This document shows, piece by piece, positions 1-13,744 of a stretch of 64,000 bases of DNA; within the stretch, counting starts at the first letter, position 1, and each line of letters opens with the position of its first letter. The stretch is from an uncultured delta proteobacterium. Its GTDB lineage: Bacteria > Myxococcota_A > Polyangia > Polyangiales > Polyangiaceae. The notes beneath the pieces are model-generated. The model saw only the letters and a program-made list of their open reading frames with translations, made no database searches and had not been told where the DNA came from. The stretch is taken from the NCBI GenBank assembly GCA_963716725.1, contig CAVQUB010000007.1:64001-128000 (forward strand), in the 5' to 3' direction. A program made the position numbers and the translations under genes.

Positions 1-122
<122 letters not shown>

Positions 123-223
123 CGACGCGTCGGGGCTGGCGGGGGGGCTGCTGAGGCGTGGGCGCGACGGCCCCGGGACCTGGGCCCCAGGGGCGCGCGC
201 GGAGAGCGGGTGCGCGGGCGCGC

Positions 224-1847
<1,624 letters not shown>

Positions 1848-1908
1848 GGGGTGATCTTCCTCTTGGTTGGTCTCGTGTGCCTGGTGTGCGTGTGCGTGGC
1901 GGCGAGCG

Positions 1909-3631
<1,723 letters not shown>

Positions 3632-3738
3632 GGATGAATCGTTGGTGATCTTTGCGCTGCGTGGATGCGGGCGCGCCCCGCGCGCCTCGGGCGGGCTGCG
3701 GCGCCGGCGTCGGGACCGGCTGGGACGCGCCCGCCGAG

Positions 3739-3755
3739 AGCAAGAAGGGTGCCGA
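3739..3755 (-). promoter_or_regulatory. Putative sigma54 (-24/-12) promoter of the groEL-groEL-dnaJ operon
   Basis: Minus strand TCGGCACCCTTCTTGCT is GG-N10-GC, close to YTGGCACGNNNNTTGCW, ~110 bp upstream of the groEL B ATG and correctly oriented. Confidence 0.75.
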
Positions 3756-3809
3756 GGGCCTCGCCGCCCGGGGCCGGGGTCCGGACGGGCATCCACCGGC
3801 GCAGAGGGG

Positions 3810-3864
3810 CTGCCTGTTTGGCAGATGGGGGCGGGTCCTTCACGAGGCTCTGCCATCCTGACAG
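3810..3864. promoter_or_regulatory. Pair of palindromic 15-bp sites, candidate enhancer (UAS)
   Basis: ctgcctgtttggcag (3810-3824) and ctgccatcctgacag (3850-3864), 40 bp apart, just upstream of the sigma54 motif. Confidence 0.55.
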
Positions 3865-3946
3865 GCACGGATCCGGGCCTCGCGACCCTCCCGCCGGGGG
3901 CGACTTCCGTGTGGGCTCGGACCGGGCGCGGGCTAGGATGCTTGCC

Positions 3947-5185
3947 ATGCGACCCGTGCGCTCTCGCTTCTCTGGTCGCGTGTGCTGCCCCTGGCCGCTC
4001 GGCCCTCGCCTCGGGCCGTGGAGGGCGCCGCCGCGGTGCTCGAGCAGCTCGACGGAGGCCTCGAGCGCGTCGACGCTCGTCGACCTCGAGCTGGCGGCGA
4101 TCGCCGACCGCCAGGGCCGCCTTCCTGCGCATCGAGGGTCTCGAGGCCCCACCGGGCCCGGCGCCGGGCCAGGCCGCCCGGGTCGAGCTGGTCGGCGGAG
4201 ATCGCCTCGCGGCTGAGGTGCGCGGGCGGCGACGGGCGACGACCTGGAGCTCGCGCTGTGCGGCGGAGCCGAGCTCGTCGTTCTCGTCGACACGCTCCGC
4301 AGCCTCGTCTTCCCCGAGCGCGTCGCGCCCGAGACCGCGGCGGGCCTGGCAGCTCCCGAGCAGGGCGACCTGCTCTACTGGCTGCGGCCCGGCGGCACTC
4401 TCGACCGCGTGCCCGGCACGCTGCTGGCGTTTGCCGCGGAGGGCCCGCGCCTGGAGGGCACCTTCGGCGAGCGCAGCTTCCCGTGGCGGGAGGTCGCCGC
4501 GCTGTTGTCGAGGCCCTGGGCGAGCCGCCCGCGATCGACGGCGCTCCGGCGGGCAGGGCCTGCGACCCGATGCCCGGGCGGTCGTCGACCTGGTCGACGG
4601 CGGTCGCCTGCACGGCCGCCTGCGCTCCCTGGGGGCCGGCGGCCTGCGCCTGGAGTACGCGCCCGGTCGTGAGGTCGACCTGCCGCTTTCGGCCGCTGGC
4701 CGAGGTCGCCGCCGACGACGGACGGACGCGCTTCCTCTCGGACCTCGAGCCGCTCGAGGTGCTCGAGGGCTCGCCCTTCGGAGACGACCTGGGGCTCACC
4801 TGGCCGCACCGGCGCGACCTCTCGGTCAGCGGCACGCCGCTGCGCGCGGGAGGCCGCACCTGGACCCGCGGCCTGGGCGTGCACGCGCCCAGCCGCATCG
4901 TCTACGCGCTGGACGGCGGCTGGAAGAGCCTGCGCGGCACGCGCCGCGATCGACGACCAGGTGCTGCTGCTGTCGGTCCACGGCTCGGTGGTATTCCGCG
5001 TCCTTGTCGACGGCGAGGAGCGCTGGTCGAGCGCCATCGTGCGCGGCGGGGACACGCCGCTGGAGCTGCCGCCGATCGACCTGGAGGGCGCGCACGAGCT
5101 CGCGCTCGAGGTGGACATGGCCGAGGACCACTACGTCGCCGACCGCGCCGACTGGCTGCGGCCGCTACTCGTCCGCCTGCCCTGA
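3947..5185 (+). CDS. NPCBM/NEW2 domain-containing protein (frameshifted)
   Basis: C-terminal fragments [29 protein letters not shown] and [35 protein letters not shown] resemble NPCBM. Start chosen at the ATG 7 nt after TAGGAT. Confidence 0.75.
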
Positions 5186-6152
5186 AGGCGCCTGGGCCGC
5201 GCGCTCCTCGGCCGCCCCGCCCTCGGCCGGGGCCGACAGGCTGCGGAAGTAGATGCCCTGGTCGCCGCCGCGCTTCTTGGCCTGGCGCAGCGCCGCCTCG
5301 GCGTGCGCGCGCAGCGGTCTCGGCCGACTCGAGGTCCTTCCCGTCGAAGGTCTCGAAGCCGATGCTGGCGCTGACCTGGATCGGCCCGTGGGCCCCCGGG
5401 ATGTCGCCCGACAGCGCGCGGATGGCGGCCAGCAGGCGCTGCACGACGCTGGCCGCGTCGACCTTGCGGGTGTAGGGCAGGAGCACGGCGAACTCGTCGC
5501 CGCCCAGGCGACCGGCGACGTCCTCGATGCGCAGCGCCTCGCGGATCACGCCGCCCACGTGCTCGATGATGCGGTCGCCGACCGTGTGGTCGTGCAGCTT
5601 GTTGACCTGGCCGAAGCGATCGAGGTCGACCAGCAGCAGGGCCATGTCGAGCTTGTGGCGCTGGGCGGCGGACACGTGGGCGCGCAGTTGCTCGGTGAAC
5701 TCCAGCGGCCGCAAGAGGCCCGTGCGATCGTCGTGGGTGGCGCGGTGACGCAGCTCGTCCATCTCCGCGCGCCGGCGCGCGAGCTCGCGCAGCCGCTCGA
5801 CGCGCAGGCCGTACTCCTCCAGCGGGGCGTCCCGTCGGATGGTGTCCCAGGGGCCGCGGTCGAGGGCGCTGACCCCCAGTCCGGCGGCGCCGCCGTCGGG
5901 GTCGGCGACCAGCAGCAGGGGCACGGGCGGCTCGGCCGCGCGCGCTGCCAGCAGCGTCTCGATCTCCGTGCGGCCCCCGGCCAGGGCGTCGAGCAGCACC
6001 ACGTCGGGGCGCACCAGGGAGAGCCGCGCCAGGGACTGGCGCAGGCTGCGCGTGATCTCGACGGCGTGGCCGGACTCGAGCAGGCGCCGGGCCCGCTCCT
6101 CCAGGCCGGCTCCGCGATGGTCGCAGACGAGCAGCGTCGCGCTGGCGCTCAT
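5165..6152 (-). CDS. REC-like plus GGDEF diguanylate cyclase (frameshift near 5320)
   Basis: HDDRTGL, DLDRFGQVN..HTVGD, RIED I-site then RLGGDEF, VSASIG. After the shift it reads AEAALRQAKKRGGDQ. N-terminal receiver-like domain (PDVVLLD). Confidence 0.88.
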
Positions 6153-6393
6153 GGGGGGCTGGAGGGATAGGGCAAGGGGGGTGCGGCGCCCGGCCGGGCC
6201 CGCGCTCCCGCCCGGGCGGCTCGCCGGGGCCGTCCCGGCCGGGATCGGCCGTCCCCGCAGGGGCGGCGCCGCCGGGCGGGACGCCGCGGTCGGCCGCCGC
6301 AGCGCGGGGGGGCGATCGGCGATCGGCAGGACGTCCATCGAAGTCTAGACTAGGAATTCGCTTGCGGTCGGGCGCGGGCTCGCCCCGCTTTCG

Positions 6394-6421
6394 TTGACAG
6401 GCCCCCCCGCATGGCTAGACT
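6394..6421 (+). promoter_or_regulatory. Putative sigma70 promoter of rpsB-tsf-pyrH-frr
   Basis: TTGACA (6394-6399), 16-nt spacer containing a C7 run, TAGACT (6416-6421). Confidence 0.7.
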
Positions 6422-6428
6422 CTTGGCC

Positions 6429-6533
6429 CTCCCAGAGGCCGTGGAGGGGGACCGCTCCCCTCCGGGGCCCCGCGTGGGCCCACCGGCGAGGGGTGCGGCG
6501 CGAACCGGGCGCGCACCGCCCCCCCTCTGGGAG
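6429..6533 (+). promoter_or_regulatory. Structured rpsB 5' leader, candidate S2 autoregulatory element
   Basis: 10-bp closing stem ctcccagagg/cctctgggag enclosing three hairpins and a GGGGTG motif. Begins at the expected transcription start. Confidence 0.5.
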
Positions 6534-6668
6534 CAGCGTCCCCGTCCTGTGCGGGGGCGTCGCAGCGCGCCTCCCTCGAGCCCCCACGCCCCGCAGTCCC
6601 CGGTCCCGTTCCCACTCCCTGGCGCGCGCCCCGTGCGGCCGGCCAGCTCCGTCCTCTCCGTTCCCCTC

Positions 6669-7614
6669 ATGCAAACCGTCTCGGTCCAAGAGCTCATCGA
6701 CTCAGGTGTGCATTTCGGATGCCGCGTGTCGCGGTGGAATCCGAAGATGGCCCCGTTCATCTACGGGCGTCGCAACCTGATCCACATCATGGACCTGCGG
6801 GAGACCCTGCGCGGACTCCTGCGGGCCCAGAACTTCCTCTACCACAGCGCCGCCGAGGGTCAGCAGATCCTCTGGGTCGGCACCAAGCGCCAGGTCAAGG
6901 GCGTCATCCACGACGCCGGACAGCGCACCGGCATGCCGGTCGTCACCGAGCGCTGGATCGGCGGCACGCTGACCAACTTCTCCGTCATCCGCAGCCGCCT
7001 GCGCCGCCTCGAGGAGCTCGAGACGATGGAGGAGGACGGCACGATGGCGAGCCACTCCAAGAAGATGATCTCGACCCTGCGCCGCGAGCGACGCAAGATC
7101 GAGCGCAACCTGGGCGGCATCCGCGAGATGTCGAGCCTGCCCGGCGCGCTGGTCGTCGTCGACCCCGGCCGCGAGGTCAACGCGGTCAAGGAGGCGCGCC
7201 GCCTGGGCGTGCCGGTCGTGCGGCATCCTCGACAGCGACTGCGACCCGGCCCTGGTCGACATCGTCATCCCCGGCAACGACGACGCGCTGAAGTCCGTGC
7301 GCCTGCTGATCGACCGCCTGGCGCTGTCGGTCGAGGAGGGCTGCGCCAACCGTCGCGAGCAGGCCGCCTCCATGGGCGGCCCGGGCCGCGGTGAGGAGGG
7401 CCAGCAGCCCGTCGGCGACGAGCCGCGTCCGACGCGCACGCTGCGACCGCTGCCCAAGGGGCTGCGGCCGCGAGGCGCCCAGGAGCCGACTCCCGCCGAG
7501 GCTGACGAGCCCGGCGCCGGCGCCCTGGCCGAAGCTGGCGACGCCGGCGGGGAGGAGGCCGGCGGCGCGGAGGTCGCCGCCGAGGCGCCCAGCGGCGAGT
7601 CCAAGGCCGACTAG
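6669..7614 (+). CDS. rpsB: 30S ribosomal protein S2 (frameshift near 7221, acidic C-terminal extension)
   Basis: MQTVSVQELIDSGVHFG..WNPKMAPFIYG, VGTKRQ, RWIGGTLTNF, then ILDSDCDP..VIPGNDDA in the next frame. Confidence 0.96.
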
Positions 7615-7748
7615 TTCCCCACGACCCGGTCCCCGCGACCGGGTCTCCCACGACCCGCAGGGCCGCCGCGACAGGTGCCGCGCGAGGCCGCGGCCCCGGC
7701 GCCCGGGCGGGTCCCCCGATCCCCAACCGAGCCACGACGAGAGACGAC

Positions 7749-8597
7749 ATGGCGATCAGCGCGAAGATGGTGTCCGAGCTGCGCGAGCGCACCGGCGCCC
7801 CCCTGATGGACTGCAAGCGGGCCCTCGAGGCCACCAGCGGCGACGTCGAGGGCGCCATCGACAACCTGCGCAAGGCCGGCCTCAAGAGCGCCGAGAAGCG
7901 CGCCGGGCGCAGCACGGCCGAGGGGCGCGTGCGGGCCTGGATCGCCCCGGACGGCCACGCCGGCGCCATCGTCGCGCTGACCAGCGAGACCGACTTCGTG
8001 GCCAAGACCGAGGACTTCGTCGCGCTGGCCGAGAAGCTCGCGCGGCACGTGGCCGAGCGCGCCCCCAAGGGCGTCGAGGAGCTGCTGGGGCAGGAGCTGG
8101 CCGGCGGCGGCCCGATCGGCGAGACCATCAAGTCCATGTCCGGCAAGATGGGCGAGAACATGCAGGTCGCCGCCCTGGCGCGCTTCGAGAACGCCGCCGG
8201 CTGCGTGGGCGCCTACGTGCACCACGACCAGAAGCAGGGCGCGCTGATCTCGATCAGCTCGCCCCGGCCGGCCCAGGAGGTGGGCGCCTTCCTGCGCTCG
8301 CTGGCGATGCACGTCGTGGCCCGCAAGCCGATCGCGCTGCGGCGCGAGGAGATCCCCGCCGAGGTGGTCGAGCGCGAGCGCAAGGTCTACCTCGAGAGCG
8401 AGGACGTGCTGGCCAAGCCCGAGGACAAGCGCGGCTTCATCGTCGACGGCAAGCTGCAGAAGTTCTTCGCCGGATCGGCGCTGCTGGAGCAGCCCTGGGT
8501 CCTGGACGACAAGCTCAGCGTGCAGAAGGCGCTCGAGGCGGCCCTGGGCCAGGACGCCCGCATCGAGGCCTTCTCGCTGTGCCTGGCCAGCGCCTGA
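7749..8597 (+). CDS. tsf: Elongation factor Ts
   Basis: [37 protein letters not shown]. Follows rpsB. Confidence 0.97.
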   Translation: MAISAKMVSELRERTGAPLMDCKRALEATSGDVEGAIDNLRKAGLKSAEKRAGRSTAEGRVRAWIAPDGHAGAIVALTSETDFVAKTEDFVALAEKLARHVAERAPKGVEELLGQELAGGGPIGETIKSMSGKMGENMQVAALARFENAAGCVGAYVHHDQKQGALISISSPRPAQEVGAFLRSLAMHVVARKPIALRREEIPAEVVERERKVYLESEDVLAKPEDKRGFIVDGKLQKFFAGSALLEQPWVLDDKLSVQKALEAALGQDARIEAFSLCLASA

Positions 8598-8601
8598 GCG
8601 G

Positions 8602-9324
8602 ATGGCCTACCAGCGCGTCCTGCTGAAGCTCTCGGGCGAGGCGCTCGGCGACCCGCGCAACGGGCAGGGCTTCGACCCGGCCGCGGTGACGCGCATCGCG
8701 CGCCAGGTGGCGCGCGGGGCGCAGCTGGGCTGCGAGCTGGCGATCGTCGTCGGCGGCGGCAACATCCTGCGCGGCGCCACCTTCAGCGCCGTCACCAGCC
8801 GCCTGGGCGCGCACCGCGCCAGCGCCGACTACATGGGCATGCTGGGGACGGTCATCAACGCCCTGGCGCTGTCCGACGCGATCGAGGACCTGGGCTGCGA
8901 GACGCGCGTGCTGAGCGCGATCGAGATCTCCAAGGTGGCCGAGCCCTTCGTGCGCCGGCGGGCGCTCAAGCACCTGGCCCGCGGCCGCGTGGTGATCCTG
9001 GGGGCGGGCACCGGCAACCCCTACTTCACCACCGACACCGCCGCGGCCCTGCGCGCCCGGGAGCTGGCCTGCGAGGTGCTGCTCAAGGGCACCAAGGTGG
9101 ACGGCGTCTACAGCTCCGACCCCAAGCTGGACCCCAAGGCCGAGCGCATCGCGCGCCTGAGCCACCAGGACTTCCTCGAGCGCGGGCTCAAGGTGCTCGA
9201 CGCCACGGCCATCAGCCTGTGCCGCGACTCGGGCCTGCCGGTGGTGGTCTTCGACCTGTTCGAGGAGGGCAACCTCGAGCGGGTCCTGCGCGGGGAGCCG
9301 GTCGGCACCGTGATCTCGGGCTGA
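8602..9324 (+). CDS. pyrH: Uridylate kinase (left fragment)
   Basis: [50 protein letters not shown]. Confidence 0.97.
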   Translation: MAYQRVLLKLSGEALGDPRNGQGFDPAAVTRIARQVARGAQLGCELAIVVGGGNILRGATFSAVTSRLGAHRASADYMGMLGTVINALALSDAIEDLGCETRVLSAIEISKVAEPFVRRRALKHLARGRVVILGAGTGNPYFTTDTAAALRARELACEVLLKGTKVDGVYSSDPKLDPKAERIARLSHQDFLERGLKVLDATAISLCRDSGLPVVVFDLFEEGNLERVLRGEPVGTVISG

Positions 9325-9428
9325 GCCGGCCGGCCGCGGGCAGCGTTGCACCGCGGGGCGCCTCCCGCTAGGTTGCCCGCTCGCGCCCCACCGGGGGCGC
9401 CCGAGTCACGACCCAGGAGCTGTGGCCC

Positions 9429-9989
9429 ATGACCGCCAAGGCGATCCTCGACGAGACCAACCAGACCATGGACAAGGCCCTGCAGCACGTGCAGGACGTG
9501 CTGCGCGGCGTGCGCACCGCGCGGGCCTCCTCGGCGCTGGTCGACAACATCCGGGTCGACTACTACGGCACGCCGACCCCCATCAACCAGCTCGCCGCGG
9601 TCTCGATCCCCGAGCCGCGTCAGATCGTGATCAAGCCCTTCGACGGCTCGGTGCTGACCGAGGTCGGCAAGGCCATCCTCAAGAGCGACCTGGGCATCAC
9701 GCCGCAGAACGACGGCAAGGTCCTGCGGCTGCAGATGCCGCCGCTGTCGGGCGAGCAGCGCACGAAGTACGCCGCCAAGGTCAAGGAGATGTGCGAGGAC
9801 ACGCGCGTGGCCATGCGCAACGGCCGGCGCGAGATGAACAAGCGCGCGGACGCCGACCTCAAGTCGGGCAAGCTGACCGAGGACGAGTGCCGCAAGCTCC
9901 ACGACCGCATCCAGGAAGCCCTCAAGGAGTACGAGAAGAAGCTCGACGTGGTCCAGGACCGCAAGATCGCCGAGATCATGGAGGTCTGA
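9429..9989 (+). CDS. frr: Ribosome recycling factor
   Basis: VRTARAS, VDYYGTPTPINQLA, SDLGITPQNDG, PPLSGEQR. Canonical tsf-pyrH-frr order. Confidence 0.97.
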   Translation: MTAKAILDETNQTMDKALQHVQDVLRGVRTARASSALVDNIRVDYYGTPTPINQLAAVSIPEPRQIVIKPFDGSVLTEVGKAILKSDLGITPQNDGKVLRLQMPPLSGEQRTKYAAKVKEMCEDTRVAMRNGRREMNKRADADLKSGKLTEDECRKLHDRIQEALKEYEKKLDVVQDRKIAEIMEV

Positions 9990-10099
9990 GGCCGGGCGCG
10001 CCGCCCCGGCGGCGCGGTTCTGCCACGGGCCCCTTCACGCGGCGGGCGGATCGTGTAGAGTACGCCCCCCGCAGGCCGCCCCGGCGGCCAGCGACACCC

Positions 10100-10175
<76 letters not shown>

Positions 10176-10281
10176 CCCTCACCGTCGCTGGCCGGGCCGC
10201 CCCGCGCGGACCGCAGTGCACGGACCGCCCGCCCCGCCCCGCCCGGTCCAGTCCCGCGGCGCGGCCTGCTGCCAGCACGAC

Positions 10282-10354
10282 GGCCCCGTAGCTCAGTCGG
10301 TAGAGCATCTGGCTTTTAACCAGTTGGTCCAAGGTTCGAGTCCTTGCGGGGTCA
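10282..10354 (+). tRNA. tRNA-Lys(TTT), CCA not encoded
   Basis: GGCCCCG/CGGGGTC acceptor stem, TAGCTCAGTCGGTAGAGC D-arm, ctTTTaa anticodon loop, GGTTCGAGTCC. Confidence 0.94.
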
Positions 10355-10439
10355 CCCCCGGGCCGCTCCGCGGCCGCCGACTCGCGGGTGACCCGGCCGC
10401 AGGGCCGCCCTGTCCGGCCGGCCAGGCCGGCCCCCCCAG

Positions 10440-10740
10440 CTAGCCGACCGCGACGGGCGCGGCCGCGCGGCAGGCGGCCTCGACCTCGTCGGCCGCCTTG
10501 GGCACCCCGGCGGTCAGCACCTCGTGCCCCTGGGGCGTCACCAGGGCGTCGTCCTCGATGCGGATCCCGATCCCGCGCCAGCGCGGCTCGACCGAGTCGT
10601 CGTCGGGGGCCACGTAGAGGCCGGGCTCGACCGTCAGGACCATGCCCGGCTCGAGGGCGCGCGAGCGGCCGGCGTGGGAGTAGGCCCCGCAGTCGTGCAC
10701 GTCGAGGCCCAGCCAATGGCTGGTGCGGTGCATGTAGAAG
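10440..10740 (-). CDS. pepP: Xaa-Pro aminopeptidase, C-terminal fragment cut off by the junction
   Basis: [39 protein letters not shown] (M24B motifs). The upstream portion is absent. Confidence 0.9.
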
Positions 10741-10746
10741 CATCCG
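10735..10746. other. Probable contig junction or chimeric join between two genomes
   Basis: Two 5'-truncated genes on opposite strands abut at 10740/10741, pyrH occurs on both sides, and codon style changes. Confidence 0.88.
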
Positions 10747-11046
10747 TCTCCCACAATCCAGAAGTTCAGCGGCGCGTATTCTCGGCGCTGGGCATCTCGG
10801 ACGACGATGCGCAGGAGAAGTTCGGCTTCTTACTGAGCGCGTTGCGCTACGGCGCGCCGCCCCACGGGGGCATCGCCCTGGGCATCGACCTCGGCCATGT
10901 TGGCAGCCGGCAGCGACAGCATCCGCGACGTGATCGCCTTCCCCAAGACCCAGAAGGGCACGGACGTGATGAGCGACGCGCCGAATCCGGTGAGCCCGGA
11001 GCAGCTCGCGGACCTGCACATCCGAACGGTCATCGAGGGCGCCTGA
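10741..11046 (+). CDS. aspS: Aspartyl-tRNA synthetase, C-terminal fragment (indels)
   Basis: [36 protein letters not shown], then [22 protein letters not shown]. Confidence 0.93.
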
Positions 11047-11225
11047 GCCTCGGGCGCGGACAGGACCCGGCTTTGCACGGAGTTTTTCCCCCATCACCAC
11101 CACCAGCCCGGCGCGCTCGAGGGCGCTCCACACGGCGGGCTCCTCCGGGGAATGCCCGAGCCGCCCGTCCGCGCTTTCCCCTTCTTGCGTCGGTCCAGCA
11201 TGACCCGCCTACAATAGCGCCGCTC

Positions 11226-12621
11226 ATGGGCGCGCGCGTCCTCGTCGTCGACGACAGCCCCACGATCCGCAAGGTCGTGGCGTCGTTGACGTCGAAGAGC
11301 TACGACGCCGTCACCGCCGAAGACGGCCAGGACGCGCTGATCAAGATCAAGTCGGGCGTCGAGTTCGATCTGATCTTGCTCGACTTCGTGATGCCGCGCA
11401 TGAACGGCTACCAGTTCTGTCGCGAGCTGCGCGCGCATCCGGAGCGCGCCAACGTGCCCGTGGTGCTGATGAGCGCCAAGGGCGACAAGATCCGGGGTCA
11501 GTTCGTGCAACAGACCGGGGCCATCGACGCCATCACCAAGCCCTTTGACGCTCGCGGCCTGATCGCGGTGGTCGAGGGCGCGCTGAAGAAGCACCAGGAG
11601 GGTCGTGGTCCGGTGGTGCCCGAGGCGGGCGCCATGCCCGACGAGTCGACCATCGCCGAAGCCATGGTGCCCAGCCAGGTCGTGCCCAGCGTCGATCCGG
11701 CGCTGCGGCGCGCAGACGGCGTCGCTGTTTTCGGCTGCGCTGGTCAGGCTGGTCACGCCGGAGCTCGCGACGCAGTCGGGCATCGCGCCGGACTCGGTGA
11801 AGAGGCTGGGCGAGGCCGTGGCCCGGGCCATCACTCCGGAAAACGTGGCTCACTGACCAGCCTGCTGCGCACCCTCGACTTCGGTGAAAACACCCAAGAC
11901 GTATTGGCCGGCGACGTGTCGGTGATTTCCATCGCCGAAATCGTCCAGCTCTTGCACCTGCAGGCGCATCAGACCGGCGGCCTGGTGATCTCCAACAACA
12001 AGAGCGGGATCACCTTGTTCGTCCGCGAGGGCGAACATCGACTTCGCCGATTCCGCGGCGTCCGCGACGAGTTCCTCTTGGGGCGCTACCTGGTCGAGTC
12101 GGGATCCATCGGCCGCGAAGACCTGGACACCGTGTTGGCCGAGCGATTCCGGCTCGCGGCGCCTGCTGGGCGACGTGCTCAAGGAGCTCGGCTTGGTGGA
12201 GCCGGAGGCGGTCACCCACGCCATCACCCGCCAGACCTCCGAGCTCGTGTACGAAGTGGTGCGCTGGAAGACCGGTCGCTTCACCTTCACCGTGGGCATT
12301 CCGCCCGAGGTTTCGACGGTGCGCCTCGGTCTATCGACCAGCGCGCTGGTGATGGAGGGTTTCCGTCGTGTGGACGAGTGGCGCCTGATCGAGGGCACCT
12401 TCGATTTCGAAGAGGTCATCGCGCGGGACGAGGGCGCCATCGAACGACACGGTGACGAGTCGAAGCTCACCAAGCGCGAGCTCGCGGTGCTGGAATCAGT
12501 CGACGGCGAGCGCACGGTGCGCGAGGTCGTCGAGTTCATGGAAGGCAGCTCCTTCGAGGTCTGCAAGATCATCTACCAATTCTTGAACTCGCGCTTGGTG
12601 CGGCGCCGGAGCGCCAACTGA
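11226..12621 (+). CDS. Response regulator with a DUF4388/PatA-like C-terminal region (frameshifts)
   Basis: [35 protein letters not shown]. Later [49 protein letters not shown]. Confidence 0.85.
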
Positions 12622-12971
12622 TGGCGAGCAGCGCCGGCGTGATCGTGTCGGTTCGCGGCGAAGAACGCTTCTTGCCGGCGCTGATCGTGCACAGCGTGCA
12701 CTCCCAACCGCGGCTGTCGCCGGTGCCCGGCAGCCCCCTCGGGTTGGCGTGGGTCGCGGGCAAGGTGGTGCCCGTGGCGCGCCTCTCGGACGATGGCCCC
12801 CACCTGGTCGTATGCCTGAGCCGCGGCGAGGTCGTGGGTCTGTCTGGGGTCGAGGTCCTCGACACCGGGTTCTTCGCGCCCAGCGACCGCGGTGTCGAAC
12901 GCCAGGGGCGCCAGGTCGAGCCCCTGGACGTCTCGGCGGAAATAGAGGCGGCGCTGGAGGCTGTCGCGTGA
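12621..12971 (+). CDS. CheW-like coupling protein
   Basis: LSPVPGSPLGLAWVAGKVVPV..GEVVGLSG. Translationally coupled within the che-like cluster. Confidence 0.7.
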   Translation: MASSAGVIVSVRGEERFLPALIVHSVHSQPRLSPVPGSPLGLAWVAGKVVPVARLSDDGPHLVVCLSRGEVVGLSGVEVLDTGFFAPSDRGVERQGRQVEPLDVSAEIEAALEAVA

Positions 12972-13744
12972 GCCTCGCTCGGCGGTTGATGGCCGGTCTG
13001 CGCGAGACGGCGCGGGCTCATCCTCGGCAGCCGCATGCGGCGAGCGTCGAGGACGCGCTCTTGTTCCGCTCGTCTGAAGACGCCGAGCGCCTGGCCGAGT
13101 CTGCGCTCTCGGCGAGCCAAGCCGCGGGCGCGAGCGCCGCGCAGCAACGCAGCGCGCTCGATGCCACCGTGGACGCGGTGAAGCTGCTGTTCACCCGTTC
13201 GCGAGAGGCGCGCGCGAGCGTGGTCGCAGCGCGGGAGGCGCTGGAACAGATCCGGATGGTGGCGCTCAACGCCGGGCTCGAGGGCGCGCGTCTGGGTGAT
13301 CCGGCGGGCAAGCCCCTGGTGTTGGTCGCCGAGGACACTCGCTCGAACGCGGCCCGAGGTCTGTCGGCCCTCGACCAACACGCTGCCGCCCTGGACCAAA
13401 TGGACCGCGACCGCGACAAGCTGAAGGAACAAGTCGAAGGCGCCCAGGCCCGCACCGCCGACGTGGCCCGGGACATCTTGCAGGTTCAAGCCGCCCAGCG
13501 CGACGTGTCGACGGCGCTCACGGAGGTCGCTTCGCGCGTGAAGCACGTCACGCGAACCGATCCCGAGACGGCGCGAATCGTCGCCGATGCCGCCGATCAC
13601 GCCCGGGCCCTGCTCACCGCGCTCACGGCCCTCGCAGCGCGACCCGCTCGCGCTTCGCTCTTGGCATCCCTCGGCCCCACCCTCGGCCCGCTGCTCGAGC
13701 TCATGCGTGAGCAATACCGGGACGAACCGGGCGAAGAGCCGTGA
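12968..13744 (+). CDS. Soluble, degenerate methyl-accepting chemotaxis-like protein
   Basis: EQIRMVALNAGLEGARLGDPAGKPLVLVAEDTR resembles the MCP tip (LLALNAAIEAARAGE.GRGFAVVA.EVR). Helical, with no TM segment. Confidence 0.72.
   Translation: MSLARRLMAGLRETARAHPRQPHAASVEDALLFRSSEDAERLAESALSASQAAGASAAQQRSALDATVDAVKLLFTRSREARASVVAAREALEQIRMVALNAGLEGARLGDPAGKPLVLVAEDTRSNAARGLSALDQHAAALDQMDRDRDKLKEQVEGAQARTADVARDILQVQAAQRDVSTALTEVASRVKHVTRTDPETARIVADAADHARALLTALTALAARPARASLLASLGPTLGPLLELMREQYRDEPGEEP

Noticed and set aside
10524..12455. 643-aa ORF looking like an AspRS-response regulator fusion
   Set aside because: It runs through antisense pepP, the junction, a frameshifted aspS and intergenic DNA, so it is an artefact.
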